From positions 28,336,001 to 28,400,000 of the forward strand of contig NC_086118.1 of NCBI RefSeq assembly GCF_963921235.1: a DNA stretch of 64,000 nt, written 5' to 3'. The position numbers and the translations under genes were made by a program. Positions 52,895-64,000 of the stretch are shown here, one piece after another. The notes under the pieces are model-generated. The model worked only from the letters and a program-made list of their open reading frames with translations. It was not told the origin of the DNA and did not search any database. This stretch comes from Mobula hypostoma (lineage: Eukaryota). The first letter of the stretch is position 1; the number at the start of each line of letters is the position of its first letter.

Positions 52895-53575
52895 TAGATT
52901 AGATTATGAGAACACTCAGTCCTCTTTTATTGTCATTTAGAAATGCATGCATGCATTAAGAAATGATACAATGTTCCTCCAGAGTGATATCACAGAAAAC
53001 AGGATAAACCAAAGACTAACACTGACAGAACCACATAATTATAACATGTAGTTACAGCAGTGCAAAGCAATACCATAATTTGATGAAGAGCAGACCATGA
53101 GCACAGTAAAAAAAAGTCTCAAAGTCCCGATAGACTCCCGAGTCCCCCATAGCAGGCGGCAAAAGGGAGAAACTCCCTGCCATAAACCTTGAGGCACCGA
53201 CAACTGCCGATGCATTGGAAGCACCCGACCACAGCCGACACTGAGTCCATCCATCTGAAAACTTCCAGCCTCTGACCAGCCCCTCCGATACAGCCTCCCG
53301 AGCGCCATCCTCTGCCGAGCGCCTTCAACCTAGCCCCAGCCGCCAAAACAAGCAATGCCGAGGATTCGGGGCCTTCTCCGGAGCTTCCAGACCACACAAG
53401 TAGCAGCAGCAGCGAAGCGGGAATTTCAGAAGTTTCTCCAGATGTTCCTCCGTACTCTCACGTCTGTCTCCATCAAATCAGGATTGTGCACGGTACCCTA
53501 CTTGACAGATTACTGATATCATTCACCGGAGAGGCCGCATGTGCTGCATCGGGCTGCCTTCTTCTCCTCCTCCTC
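52895..53575 (-). mobile_element. Non-coding retroposon, copy 2 of 2, inserted in a Penelope-terminus remnant
   Basis: (AATCT)n tail; TSD CAAGAT at 52889-52894 and 53576-53581; colinear with 42308-42926. Confidence 0.85.
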
Positions 53576-53709
53576 CAAGATGTTTCTTGACCCACTGAAT
53601 TTGTCCACAGATTATTCACTGGTGCTGATTAATGAGGCTGTTTCTTCCTGTGTGTTGTTGACCTTTAATGTTGTTTGATCTGAGCTCAACCGGACAAGGA
53701 GAAAGCAAG

Positions 53710-53922
53710 CTCCTGTGATAGGTGCACGGAATGCCCTGCCAGGGATGGTGGTAGGGGCAGATAGATTGGGGACATTTAAGAAACTCATAGTCACATGGAT
53801 GATTAAAAAAAATGGACGTCTATGTAGGAGGGGAGGGTTAGATTGATCTTAGAGGAGGTTAAAAGTTTTGCACAACATCATGGCGTCAAAGTGCCTGTTC
53901 TGTGCTGCGTTGTTCTATGTTC
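53710..53922 (+). mobile_element. CR1 3' end
   Basis: 'ggaatgccctgccagggatggtggtaggggcagata...cctgttctgtgctgcgttgttctatgttc'. Confidence 0.75.
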
Positions 53923-56504
53923 ATTTTATCAGTCCTGATCTTTTTGTCTTAAAAAATGAAAGCTCCGAATAATTGGCGAGCATAGGATTTTCCCTTTTAA
54001 AGTACGCTGAGACTGATGCTGAACTTCTGATCAATTGTAAGCTGCAAGATATTGAAGTAAGGTTAGGAGGGTGTTGGTGAAATTGGAAGTGAAGGGCAGA
54101 TCAACTGTCACTGCCTGAATGTTGTCTCGGATTCAAACAGACTATTTCATCTTAAGAGGAATTGTGGTTGTAATTGAATATTACACAGTCATCAACAAAT
54201 ATGTGCACTTCAGAACTTCAGTTAGAGAGAAACAGCTGATGATCGTGCCTTAGGATATTGGCTGAACAAATTCCTGTAAGACGTCTTGGAACTGAGATTA
54301 TTTGCCTCTATTACTCTTTTGGCAATTAAGAGATTTGTCCTTAATCCCCACTGGCTTCCATTTTACCAGGAATTCTTGATGCATCACTCCATGAAAATAC
54401 TCCTTTTATCAAGAATTTTTAAGAGAGTCAAGAGCTTTTACACCTATTCTTTCTTGGAAGTCAGACTTTGTTGATATTTGAACCTTGAGCATTCCTGTTA
54501 GAGCCCAAATGAAGCATTGGTGAGTGGATGTTGATAGCTCTGACCAGGCCTTCCATCACTTTGGGTAGATGTAATTGTAATTCATGGATGTGCAACATAG
54601 AAATGAGTTCCTCAGCTGACCAAAAGCTTACTTACACTAAGCCAACAAAAGCTATTTCACTTCCCCAGATTCCCGTAATCGCCTCCAGAGACCACACATT
54701 CTGGGCAAGTTACCATGGCCAATTGATCTAACTAACTGCATACTCGTGGGATGCTAAAGAAAATGGAGCTGATACAGATGAGCACTTGATGATTTGTGTG
54801 AACACAATGGATCAAATGGCCAGTTTCTACTCTCTGTGATTCTGACTTGATGAGTAAACCATTAGTAAATATTTCTGTGTGTTTAAATTCACATTGCTTT
54901 TGCAACTGCAATGTGTAGCAATTGGGAACTGAAATATCAATAGACAACAAAACTTATTTTGATCATTTTGGCAAATGAGTTGTTGCAATAGCATTGTGCC
55001 ACATTAGTGAATTGTAACTGGCATATTAAGAAATCAGCATTATGAAAGACCAAGAGATTGTGTCGTTTTATTTTTGCCTTGCATCTGTGTGTGTCTATAT
55101 AATTCAGGAAGAGGATTATGCCAAGTCATACAATGCCTTGTTACACCTCAGTCGTGCAGACTGAATTTCATTCTCTGTACTTGTATCCCTTTTGATGGAC
55201 GTTAAGTTGCTTATCTTGCTCAGGATACTGGGACAATCTGAGGAAAAAGTCCACTCTTTAGAATTAGTTATGCTGGTATTAATTATGCTGTGGAGCCAAG
55301 CCAGAACCTATAGCTGAAATGCTCAGAGTAGGAGATAGTCAAGAAAATACAGATTCAATGAATACTTTTTCCAGTAAAGGCTTTTCTTAACAGCTTTAAA
55401 AAAAATTGATCCCTAATTTAGATATGTATGAACATTTGAATAATTGTCTTCATATACTGAAACGTTTAGATACTTAATGATTCCTGTATGAAGCCAATAT
55501 GACCTGAAACAGCTTTTCTTCAGCTGAATGCAAAGTGTCAGAGGTCACTGCTGTGACCACAGAGTGGTACAAAGAGCACTTTATAATTTTCTTAAACTGT
55601 AATGATCACCCTAGCAACCAAAACATGCAGGGAATTCTATGTAGTTTTGAATGTATTTTCATTATGCTGACACTGACCGTTACTTCTTAACCATTAACAA
55701 CCATACTAAAATAATTCATTCTGTTGTAAATGTCTCCAATTAAATATTGTTAGTCATATTCACTATAAAATGCATGCTTTAATTTTTCTTTTAGAAAAAA
55801 ATACATGGAGGAAGCATTTAGAACTTGACCTGATGAATTTTATCACTCGCTTGATAATACTTTATCGCATTCTAGCATAACCATCCATGTGCAGATTTAG
55901 CCATGGGACAGTTTAAATTTCCATACAGATATTCATCCGGATGATCCAATTATGCTGTTTTTTTTAAACTGTCACCCTACAGTTTTCCTTCGTATACCAT
56001 CTTGTTCCTGGTGTAGTATTGGTGAGTTTGTTCATTTCTCTTCCGTTCTGTACGATGTCATTTGGAATAATTATATATGTTAAATATCTAATGATTACTT
56101 CATAAACCTGCTGAAGTCTGCAGTGAAGGGTCCTGGAGACTGTCAGGTCACAAGCTGTTTAGAGTTTTGTTTGCCGAAAGATATTTCTCCTGAAGTGTTT
56201 TGTCAGCAAGGTATTTTATTCGAGAAATATGACTCCTGAATATGGGAGTGTAAAGTTACTTGACAATAAACACCTCTTTGCAGATCCATCCTTGTCAGCA
56301 CACATCGTGCTGAAATGCCAATATAAACTTGCTGCACTGAACTGTTGTAGTAATTTAAAAGAACATCTTAGGTGGTTCATTGATTTACTTCCACTCCAGT
56401 TTTATGGGTTCTGAAGTGCTGATGAGACCAAACCCAAAACCATAGGTTCTTCCACAGATGGTGACCAACAGCACTGGCGAGTGGGCAGGTAGGTGGGACA
56501 TTTG

Positions 56505-57298
56505 TGAGCTTGCACTCAACGTCAGTGAGACGAAAGAGCTGATTGTGGACCTCAGGAAGGGTAAGACGAAGGAACACATACCAATCCTCATAAAGGGATC
56601 AGAAGTGGAGAGAGTGAGCAGTTTCAAGTTCCTGGGTGTCAAGATCTCCGAGGACCTAACCTGGTCCCGACATATTGATGCAGTTATAAAGAAGGCAAGA
56701 CAGCGACTATACTTCATTAGGAGTTTGAAGAGATTTGGTACATCAACAAATACATTCAAAAACTTCTATAGGAGGTACTGTGGAGAACATTCTGCCAGGC
56801 TGCCTCACTGTCTGCTACAGGAGGGGGCTACTGCACAGGATCGAAAGAAGCTGCAGAGGGTTATAAATTTAGTCGGCTCCATCTTGGGTACTAGCCTACA
56901 AAGTACCCAGGACATCTTCAAAGAGCAGTGTCTCAGAAAGGCAGCATCCATTATTAAGGACCTCCAGCATCCAAGACATGCCCTTTTCTCACTGTTACGA
57001 TCAGGTAGGAGCTTCAGAAGCCTGAAGCACACACTCAGTGATTCAGGAACAGCTTCTTCCCATCTCCCATCCATTTCCTAAATGGTCGTTGAACCCGTGA
57101 ACACTACCTCACTTTTTTAATATAAAATTATTTCTGTTTTTTGCACAATTTTAATCTATTCAGTATACATATACTGTAAATTGATTTATTATTATTTTTT
57201 CTTCTAAATTATGTATTGCATTGAACTGCTGCTCTGCTGTTAAGTTAACAAATTTCATGACACATGCCAGTGATAATTAACCTGATTCTGATTCTGAT
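56505..57298 (+). mobile_element. Rex1/Babar LINE 3' fragment, same subfamily as 10389-13070
   Basis: LALNVSETKELIVDLRK...VERVSSFKFLGVKISEDLTWS...KKARQRLYF; (CTGATT)n tail. Confidence 0.95.
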
Positions 57299-57744
57299 CC
57301 ATGCCTACTGTTTATGCAGAACCACGTGTGACTGATTCATAGCTACCATATTGCAAAATGACAAGCAAATATAAATTTAGCATATCTTTGTTCATCAGCT
57401 CAACTGGCTCAAGAACTCCAAATGTTCCTTCGTCAAGAGTGCTTAAAGTGCAGCAACAACCCTAGGGAGTTCGGGTAGTTAATCCGTCAAGGATGGTTCA
57501 AGCACATCTTTCTTTTCTTTCCTCTGTCCCCCCAGTAGGCTTATCATGACAGTCCATTTAGCAACTACATGTCTGGGCAATAGCAAACAAAATGCCATTT
57601 GAAAAAAAAATCTGTAAGCTTTGCGGCTGGAGAGTGTGACTCAACCAATGTGGTCATAGGGTACTAAAAATAATATTTATTGTTAGTTGCTTAGCTATGT
57701 TACTTGAATGTGCTGAATGATAACTGGCACAGAAAAGGTCCAAA

Positions 57745-58792
57745 ATGAAATGGGATTGGCAAAAACATTTCCTTCACAATCTCCATCAGCATGGGAGCAC
57801 CACATCAGTGCGTGTTTAGCCCCCTGCTCTGTTCACTTTACACCTATGACTGTGTGGCTAAATACAGCTCCAACACCTCGCACAAGTTTGCTGATGACAC
57901 CACTGATGAGGGCCGTGCTAAAGGTGTGATGAATCAGCTTACAGGAGGGAGATTGAAAATTTCGCTGAGTGGTGTCATAATAACAACCTCTCACTCAATG
58001 TCAATACGACCAAGGAACTGATTGAAGACTTCAGGAGAGGGAAACCAGAGGTCCATGAGCCAGTACTCATCAGAGGATCAGACAGAGGGTCAGAAACTTT
58101 AAATTCCTCGGTGTCACTATCTCAGAGGGCCTGTCCCGGACCCATCATATAAATATAATTGTGAAAAAAGCACAACCATGTCTCCTACTTCAGGAGTCTG
58201 TGGCGAGTTGGCATGTCATCAAAACTCTTAGCAAACTTCTATAGATGTGTGGTGGAAAGTGTGGCGACTGGCTGCATTATGGCCTGGAATGGGAACACCA
58301 ACGCCCTTGAGTGGAAAATGCTACAAAAGGTGGTGGGGATTTGCACCACAGGTTAAGCCCTCCCAATGACTGGGCACATCTACATGAAACATTGCCATAA
58401 AAAAAAAGCAGCATCCATCATCAAAGATGCACACTATCCTTTCCTGCTGCTTCTATTAGGTAGAGTGCCTCAGGACTCGCACCATCAGGTTTAAGAACAG
58501 TTACTAGCCCTCAACCAGCAGGCTCTTGAGCAAAAGGAGAGAACTGCACTCATTCTATTTCTAGTGTCCCCATAACCGCTAGTCTCACTTCAGGGACTTT
58601 TTGTCTTGTTATTTCACACCTGTTATTTATTGCTATTTATTTATATTGCATTTGCAGCTTGTTGTTCATCGATCCTGTTTTTACAGTTACCGTTCTGCAG
58701 ACTTGCTAATTATGCCAGCAGGAAAAAGAACCTCAAGGTTGTATGTGGCGACATGTATGTAGTCTGATAATAATATTTACTTTGAACTTTGA
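57745..58792 (+). mobile_element. Rex1/Babar LINE 3' fragment, same subfamily as 4118-6120
   Basis: GAPHQCVFSPLLCSLYTYDCV...KFADDTT; 3' end atttactttgaactttgaa. Confidence 0.9.
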
Positions 58793-59309
58793 AATGTGAG
58801 ACGCAGTCCTTAAGTTAACATAAACAAAATTTACTTGTTAAGGTGACTAGGTGTGACATAACATGAAGATAACCAAGAATTTAGTTGTCTGTCTTCAATG
58901 TAAGTTATAGATCATATTCTCACATCATTTTTTATTAAATTATACTTCAGCTGGCGACCTCTTTATTCTTAAACATTGCTTTGTCATTAGGGTCATCAAG
59001 TTTTCATTTGCAGGTAATGGTCAAGGTCAGTAGTGTTTCTAATGAGCAAGTCTCCTAATTGATTTGAAGCTGAGAAAATTCTAAATTTTCGTTCTCATGC
59101 TAGTGTTGAAATGTGCAGCAAATTGGAAGTTTCCTAACTCCTGGATCATTTGGTTTCCATTTCTATCACTGGATTTCATTAGTAGGTGCAAAATTGTTTG
59201 ATCTGTTGATTCTTCAGCCAGTTGAACTTATGAACAAAGATGCACTAAATTTACATGTACTAGTAATTTCTGACTAGTCCAAATTACATGACACATCATT
59301 TATAATGAA

Positions 59310-59435
59310 AAACATGAGATTCTGCAGATCCTGGAAATCCACAGTAACATACACACAATGCTGGAGGAACTCGACAGATCAGGCAGTATCTATGGAGAGG
59401 AATTAACAATTGATGTTTCAGGCCAAGACCCTTCA
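59310..59435 (-). mobile_element. Single Penelope-terminus arm
   Basis: 'ttctgcagatcctggaaatcc...atgctggaggaactcg...gatgtttcaggccaagacccttca'. Confidence 0.75.
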
Positions 59436-61399
59436 AGGCACCCTGATGTGAATGCTGTTCAATGATTGAATAATGTTTACAAATTGCATTTGTTCACTTT
59501 TAGAATCATCATTGAATCTCGTGACTTGCTTCAAAATTCTCAATTCGTACCTTTGACAGTGGACACTGAAAGTGGTCTTTGTTGTCTTCCCACCTACCCT
59601 TTTTAAAATATGCAACCATGACTGCTACCTCAAGGAACTTGTGGAGAGGGCTTTCCTCTATCAAGCATTGAGAGACTTCTTTAACTAGCGATTAATCTGG
59701 TTCCATTTAAATCATTCTTTTGTGTTCTTTCTCCCAACACTGAGGAGAACATTATTAAATATTGTGTTGAAGCCATGTTTTTACAAATTTCATGAGAAAT
59801 GACATTGTTGAATGCCTCTATATTGCTTCTTACAATCATTTATTGCCTTCATATATTTATTTAGTGCACTGTGAAACTTCATATCACACCTAGATACCTT
59901 CCACCAATTGCCTTTCATACACGTGCTTGCCTATGTGAGTAGTTGTGAACGTATTTACATGTATATTGACTTTCAATTGCAGCTAGTCTCATGAGATCCA
60001 AAGTTTTTCCACTTCTTAACAACTTGGTAACAATGTCTTGCATGGACATGAGGGCATTTTTTCAATATTTTTTTAAAAAGAACAGCTGAAGAAGTGGGCA
60101 GGTGTATGGTGAAGCAAACAAGGATTCAAGCACAGCTGAGTGGAAAATTCATCGGCTGTCTTGACTGCTATTCTCCTGAACTTGTCTGCTCTGTACTAGA
60201 AGGGTTGGAAGAATCACTGAAGTACTGCAATAAGATCCTGAATGACACGGACCGATCATGTCCCAGGAATATCGTGGTGGTTTTGATAGTTGGCAGAGCC
60301 CCACCATCATCTTTGTTGGCAGCTTAAAACCCTGAGGAATTTTGAATGCTGCTGAATGTCGTTCTCATTTGAGATATTGGCACTGAATGTTATTGGAGGT
60401 GGGGTGGGGGTTGGTCTAGTGGTAGAGTGTAATGAAAGATAAGCCAAGTCATATGCTGCGTAAGGAGAGCTTTCTGTATTTGGCTACAGATATGTAGAAA
60501 TCAGAGAACTTGAGCAGAAAATGCTGAAACCACCATCAGGTCAAACAGCAACTGTGGATGTAGAAACAATGTTAATGCTTCCACTGGAAATTTCTAGCAG
60601 TTTTCCTTTTTATTAGAGATTTTACACAGGTTTTTTTCTTATTTTCACTTACTGTGGAATTACTGGTGACTTAAATTAGTGAGCGACAGCTTTTCCCTTA
60701 AAAACTGGCGTTGAGCTGCAAAATCTTGGTCATAATAACATTTTATGCAGCAGTTAATTTTGGTGTTCATAAAGGGAGATAATGTTCATTCAATTTTTTT
60801 TCTTCTAGTCATGCACTTTAAAGGATCTAAAACAACAGATTGTCTTTGAGAGCTTCTTTAGATCATCCTTGTTCAAATACAGTATTATGATTATGAATTA
60901 TAGATAGCACTTCGTTGTAGTCCTGTCAGAGGTGGGTAATATAATTGAATCTATACGTGTATAAACTTGTAGCCTGAAGAAACTGTTTGTCATTTGTTTG
61001 GATGGCTGTTTAAAATGTACCATTTTTATATGATGACTGATCAGGTAAAAGTTGATTCAGCATGCAGAAGGCTTAAGCACACACAAACATCTTTGTATTG
61101 TTGAGTGTGGTTGGCTATTTCCATGAGAATATGTTAGTGATCTGAAAAGTCTGACAGCAGTTTCCTTGCACTGATACATGCATTTTCAAGTACTGAATAG
61201 CTATGGATTAAGCAGATTCATAGCACTTGTTCCTTTTCTAAAATTGCCCTTTTATCCAATAAGGTATGCTTTGCAGATAAAAGTAAGGTGAGGCTGAGCA
61301 AGGTTTAAAAACAGCTTGAGGCCTTTTGGATTTTTTTTTTGACAGGCTGCAATCATCGTGATCTTTTAGGCAATGAACAGGGGCCAATAAAAATAAGTT

Positions 61400-61715
61400 T
61401 GGTGTAAACAGAGTGGCTATTGTGTGATTGGACCTGTATTAGAGCGGCCAGGCTTGGGCGAGAATAGGCACAGACTAAAGCTTAAACTTGAGAAGTTGGA
61501 GGTATTACAAGTGTAGGCAGGGTGCTAGCTTAGGTAATGGAATGCTCCTCCTGTGAGATGTAGGATTTCAGGGCACCTAATGACTACATCAGCAGGAAGT
61601 GCAACCAATATCAGCTTCTGACTGACAGGGTCAAGGAACTGGAGCTGGAACTGGTTGTACTCGGGACCATCCAAAAGGCTGAAAACTTCATAGGTGAGAA
61701 TTTAACTGAGGTGGT
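61400..61715 (+). mobile_element. CR1 5'UTR and ORF1 start
   Basis: ECSSCEM*...DYISRKCNQYQLLTDRVKELELEL, homologous to 35500-35660. Confidence 0.8.
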
Positions 61716-61746
61716 TGTAAAGGACAGCATAAATCTTACTGAATTT

Positions 61747-63570
61747 CTATAGCACAGAGTCTCTGAAACTCTGTGGCAGTTCCATCAGGGGCAATTTGGC
61801 CGTTGTATCACGATGAAGGAAGCTGCTCTGGGGGCTAATATTCCAGAGTAATATCAGGCCAGAGACTAAAAACAATATTGCCCCTAACAAGAAATTGGCT
61901 CCCATTGTCCCTGAGTAAAGAATGAAGCCAGAAGTAGGGTCCGCAAGGTGTGGGTGGTATCTTGTGCAGCTGCTTCTCAATCGTCCTAACCTTGTCAGCT
62001 TCTACTTGGATATGCGCAGCTAAATTGGCGATATTCTTGGACATATTGGGGATGTACATACAACGCTGTACCAATGAGAGCATACTCACCAACTGCATCT
62101 CAGTGTGGTATGGCAATTGTCCCGTATCAGACAGCAAAGCACTCCAGCATGTGGTGAAAAGTGCCCAGCGGATTATCGGCACCCAATTGCCCACCATTGA
62201 GAACATCTACTGTAAACGCTGCCTGGGCAGGGCGAAAAGCATTATCAGGGATGCATCTCACCCTAACCATGGACCTTTTACTCTCCTCCCATCCAGTAGG
62301 CGCTACAGGAGCCTCCGCTCCGGCACCAGCAGGCACAGGAAGGGCTTCTTCCCTGAGGCTGTGACACTGCTGAACCTCCCATCACAGCGCTAAGCAGTAT
62401 TGCACCCATATTGTACTGTCTCAGTACTTTTATATTTGTGTGCTGCAGCACTTCTTTTATTCGCAGTTATTTTGTAATTAACATGATTCTTTGCATTTCT
62501 GGTCAGATGGTAAATGCATTTCATTGGCTTTGTATCTGTACTCGGTACAATGACAATAAAGTTGAATCTAATCTAAATCTAATCTAACATTCATAGCCAA
62601 TGATAGCACAAGTATCACCCTTTTCGGCCAGCAAAAGATCCAATGCTAATTGATTTTGAAGGGCCACAGCACGATTGGTCACTATTTTGGCAGTGATGAC
62701 ATTGATACTTGAGCCATATCATGTAGCACTAGGGCTGTATCATTCGCCAGTTTCTCCAGAGCTGAGGCCATACTGATGCTCTCGTGAGCGAGTCTGGCAG
62801 TTCCTCAGAACGGGGGTGCTATTATCCACAAATCCTCAGTTTCTATAATGCTCCTTCGATGACAGCCCCGCATAGCGGAATGCAGAGAGAATTTGGGCAG
62901 GGAGTACATAACGTACATGGGTTTCGTAGGCCAAGTAACAACAACTCCTCCACAGCTTTTGTTCGGGTCATTGATGCCACTATTTTGGGCTACTTCTGGC
63001 AGCCAGTGATGGGCCTGGTAGTCACACATCCAGTAAGTACCATTAACAGGATCTGGAGGGTCACCAGTGGTATAGCTATTGTATATTCTGCTACTTCAGT
63101 CTAGTCCAGTCCCCTGCTGGTTACAATAAAATATTGCACCCGTATCCCCATGAAGCAGCTTCGGTGCAAGGGGCTTTTGTGTTCCATTGTAGGTAGACTG
63201 ATACCAACTCTCGAAACAGTTGCATTGGCAAGATTCATTCCTATGGGCGGTGCAGTTCCTTGCTTGCTTTACAGTTTTAGATTTGTTAATAAAATAAAAC
63301 ACGGAATCAAACTCACTATGATTCAGGGGCATAAACTGCATGAGCAATCCATCTCCTGGATGTGCAGGCCCTCTAGACCACATTCTAGTATGTGATGCGT
63401 ATTTATAACTTAAGGCAAAAAAAAAGGTGTTAGGGGTATTAGTGTTGTGGGATACTTCTGCGTTTAGGCAGAAAATAGTTGTTTAGGTTTCCCAAAATGT
63501 ATAATGCATATTGGTTACTTAAGGTGGCAAATAGCAAAGATCAGTAATCCAGTCCCTGAGTCCTTATCAT
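61747..63570 (-). pseudogene. env: Endogenous retrovirus envelope (gamma-type env), decayed and interrupted
   Basis: SU motif NGTYWMCDYQAHHWLP; furin-like CHRR|SIIETE; heptad MASALEKLANDT; immunosuppressive domain LQNQLALDLLLAEKGDTC (62661-62608); CX6CC (C-AIIGYE-CC) restored across a LINE insertion; MYIPNMSKNIANLAAHIQ; TM helix NFLLGAILFLVSGLILLW. Has stops and frameshifts. Confidence 0.93.
62065..62585 (+). mobile_element. Rex1/Babar-type LINE 3' fragment inserted in env
   Basis: RCTNESILTNCISVWYGNC...SRRYRSLRSGTSRHRKGFFPEAVTLLN*; (AATCT)n tail; flanking AAC at 62062-64 and 62586-88. Confidence 0.93.
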
Positions 63571-63597
63571 CAAGATTCTTCTAGCCACCTGTTCCCT

Positions 63598-63670
63598 GGT
63601 TCAGCTGCCTTAACGTGCAAGGCATGTATCCACATTGGCTTTCCTTGCACCTTTTAAGGTGGTGTATACC
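63598..63670 (-). pseudogene. pol: Retroviral integrase extreme C-terminus
   Basis: TTL-KVQGKPMWIHALHVKAAE matches the class I integrase 'VKV.G...WIH.S.VK' ending and lies directly upstream of env. Confidence 0.8.
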
Positions 63671-63673
63671 ACT

Positions 63674-64000
63674 TTAAATCAGGTTTAATATCACTGGCAT
63701 GTTTCGTGAAATTTGTTAACTTAGCAGGAGTACAATGCAATGCATAGTAATATAGAAAAAAATAAGTAAATTAATTACTGTGTGTGTGCGCATGTATATG
63801 TGTGTGTATATATATATATATATAAAATAGTTAAAATTAAAAATAGTGTAAAAACAGAAATAATAAGAGTGAGGTAATGTTCATGGGTTCAATGTCGATT
63901 TAGGAATCGGATGGTTAAGGGAAAGAAGCTGTTCCTGTTTCACTGAGTGAGTGCCTTCAGGATTTTGTACCTCCTTCCTGACGATAACAATGAGAAAGAG
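63674..64000 (-). mobile_element. Rex1/Babar LINE 3' end (runs off the window), containing a TG/TA microsatellite
   Basis: Matches 10405-10710. Confidence 0.9.

Noticed and set aside
61747..63570. env as a domesticated syncytin-like gene
   Set aside because: Multiple stops, frameshifts and a LINE insertion; the SU CXXC region also appears lost.

Overview
Eukaryotic, AT-rich, repeat-dense DNA. The repeat set (CR1 and Rex1/Babar LINEs, Penelope tails, V-SINE and Deu-SINE remnants) points to a cartilaginous fish, probably a ray; this is inferred, not proven. No complete host gene is visible. The window reads like a large intron or intergenic region, with one good candidate cassette exon (33094-33150, +) and a few weaker ones. 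Nearly all supplied ORFs are transposon debris or their antisense shadows. Identifiable elements are a near full-length decayed CR1 (35.1-39.3 kb), several Rex1/Babar pieces, three solo LTRs with target-site duplications (TSDs), a full-length IR/DR Tc1, a deleted Tc1, a hAT/Charlie fragment and a Chapaev3-like deleted element. Two things stand out. First, a decayed class I endogenous retrovirus pol-end/env (61.7-63.7 kb, minus) has its CX6CC motif split by a LINE insertion. Second, short hairpin-shaped Penelope-terminus elements are flanked by 11-14 bp TSDs, and the best-preserved copy carries minimal hammerhead-ribozyme motifs on both strands. Family names come from recognising motifs by eye; no database search was run. 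Boundaries without a TSD or terminal inverted repeat (TIR) are approximate.
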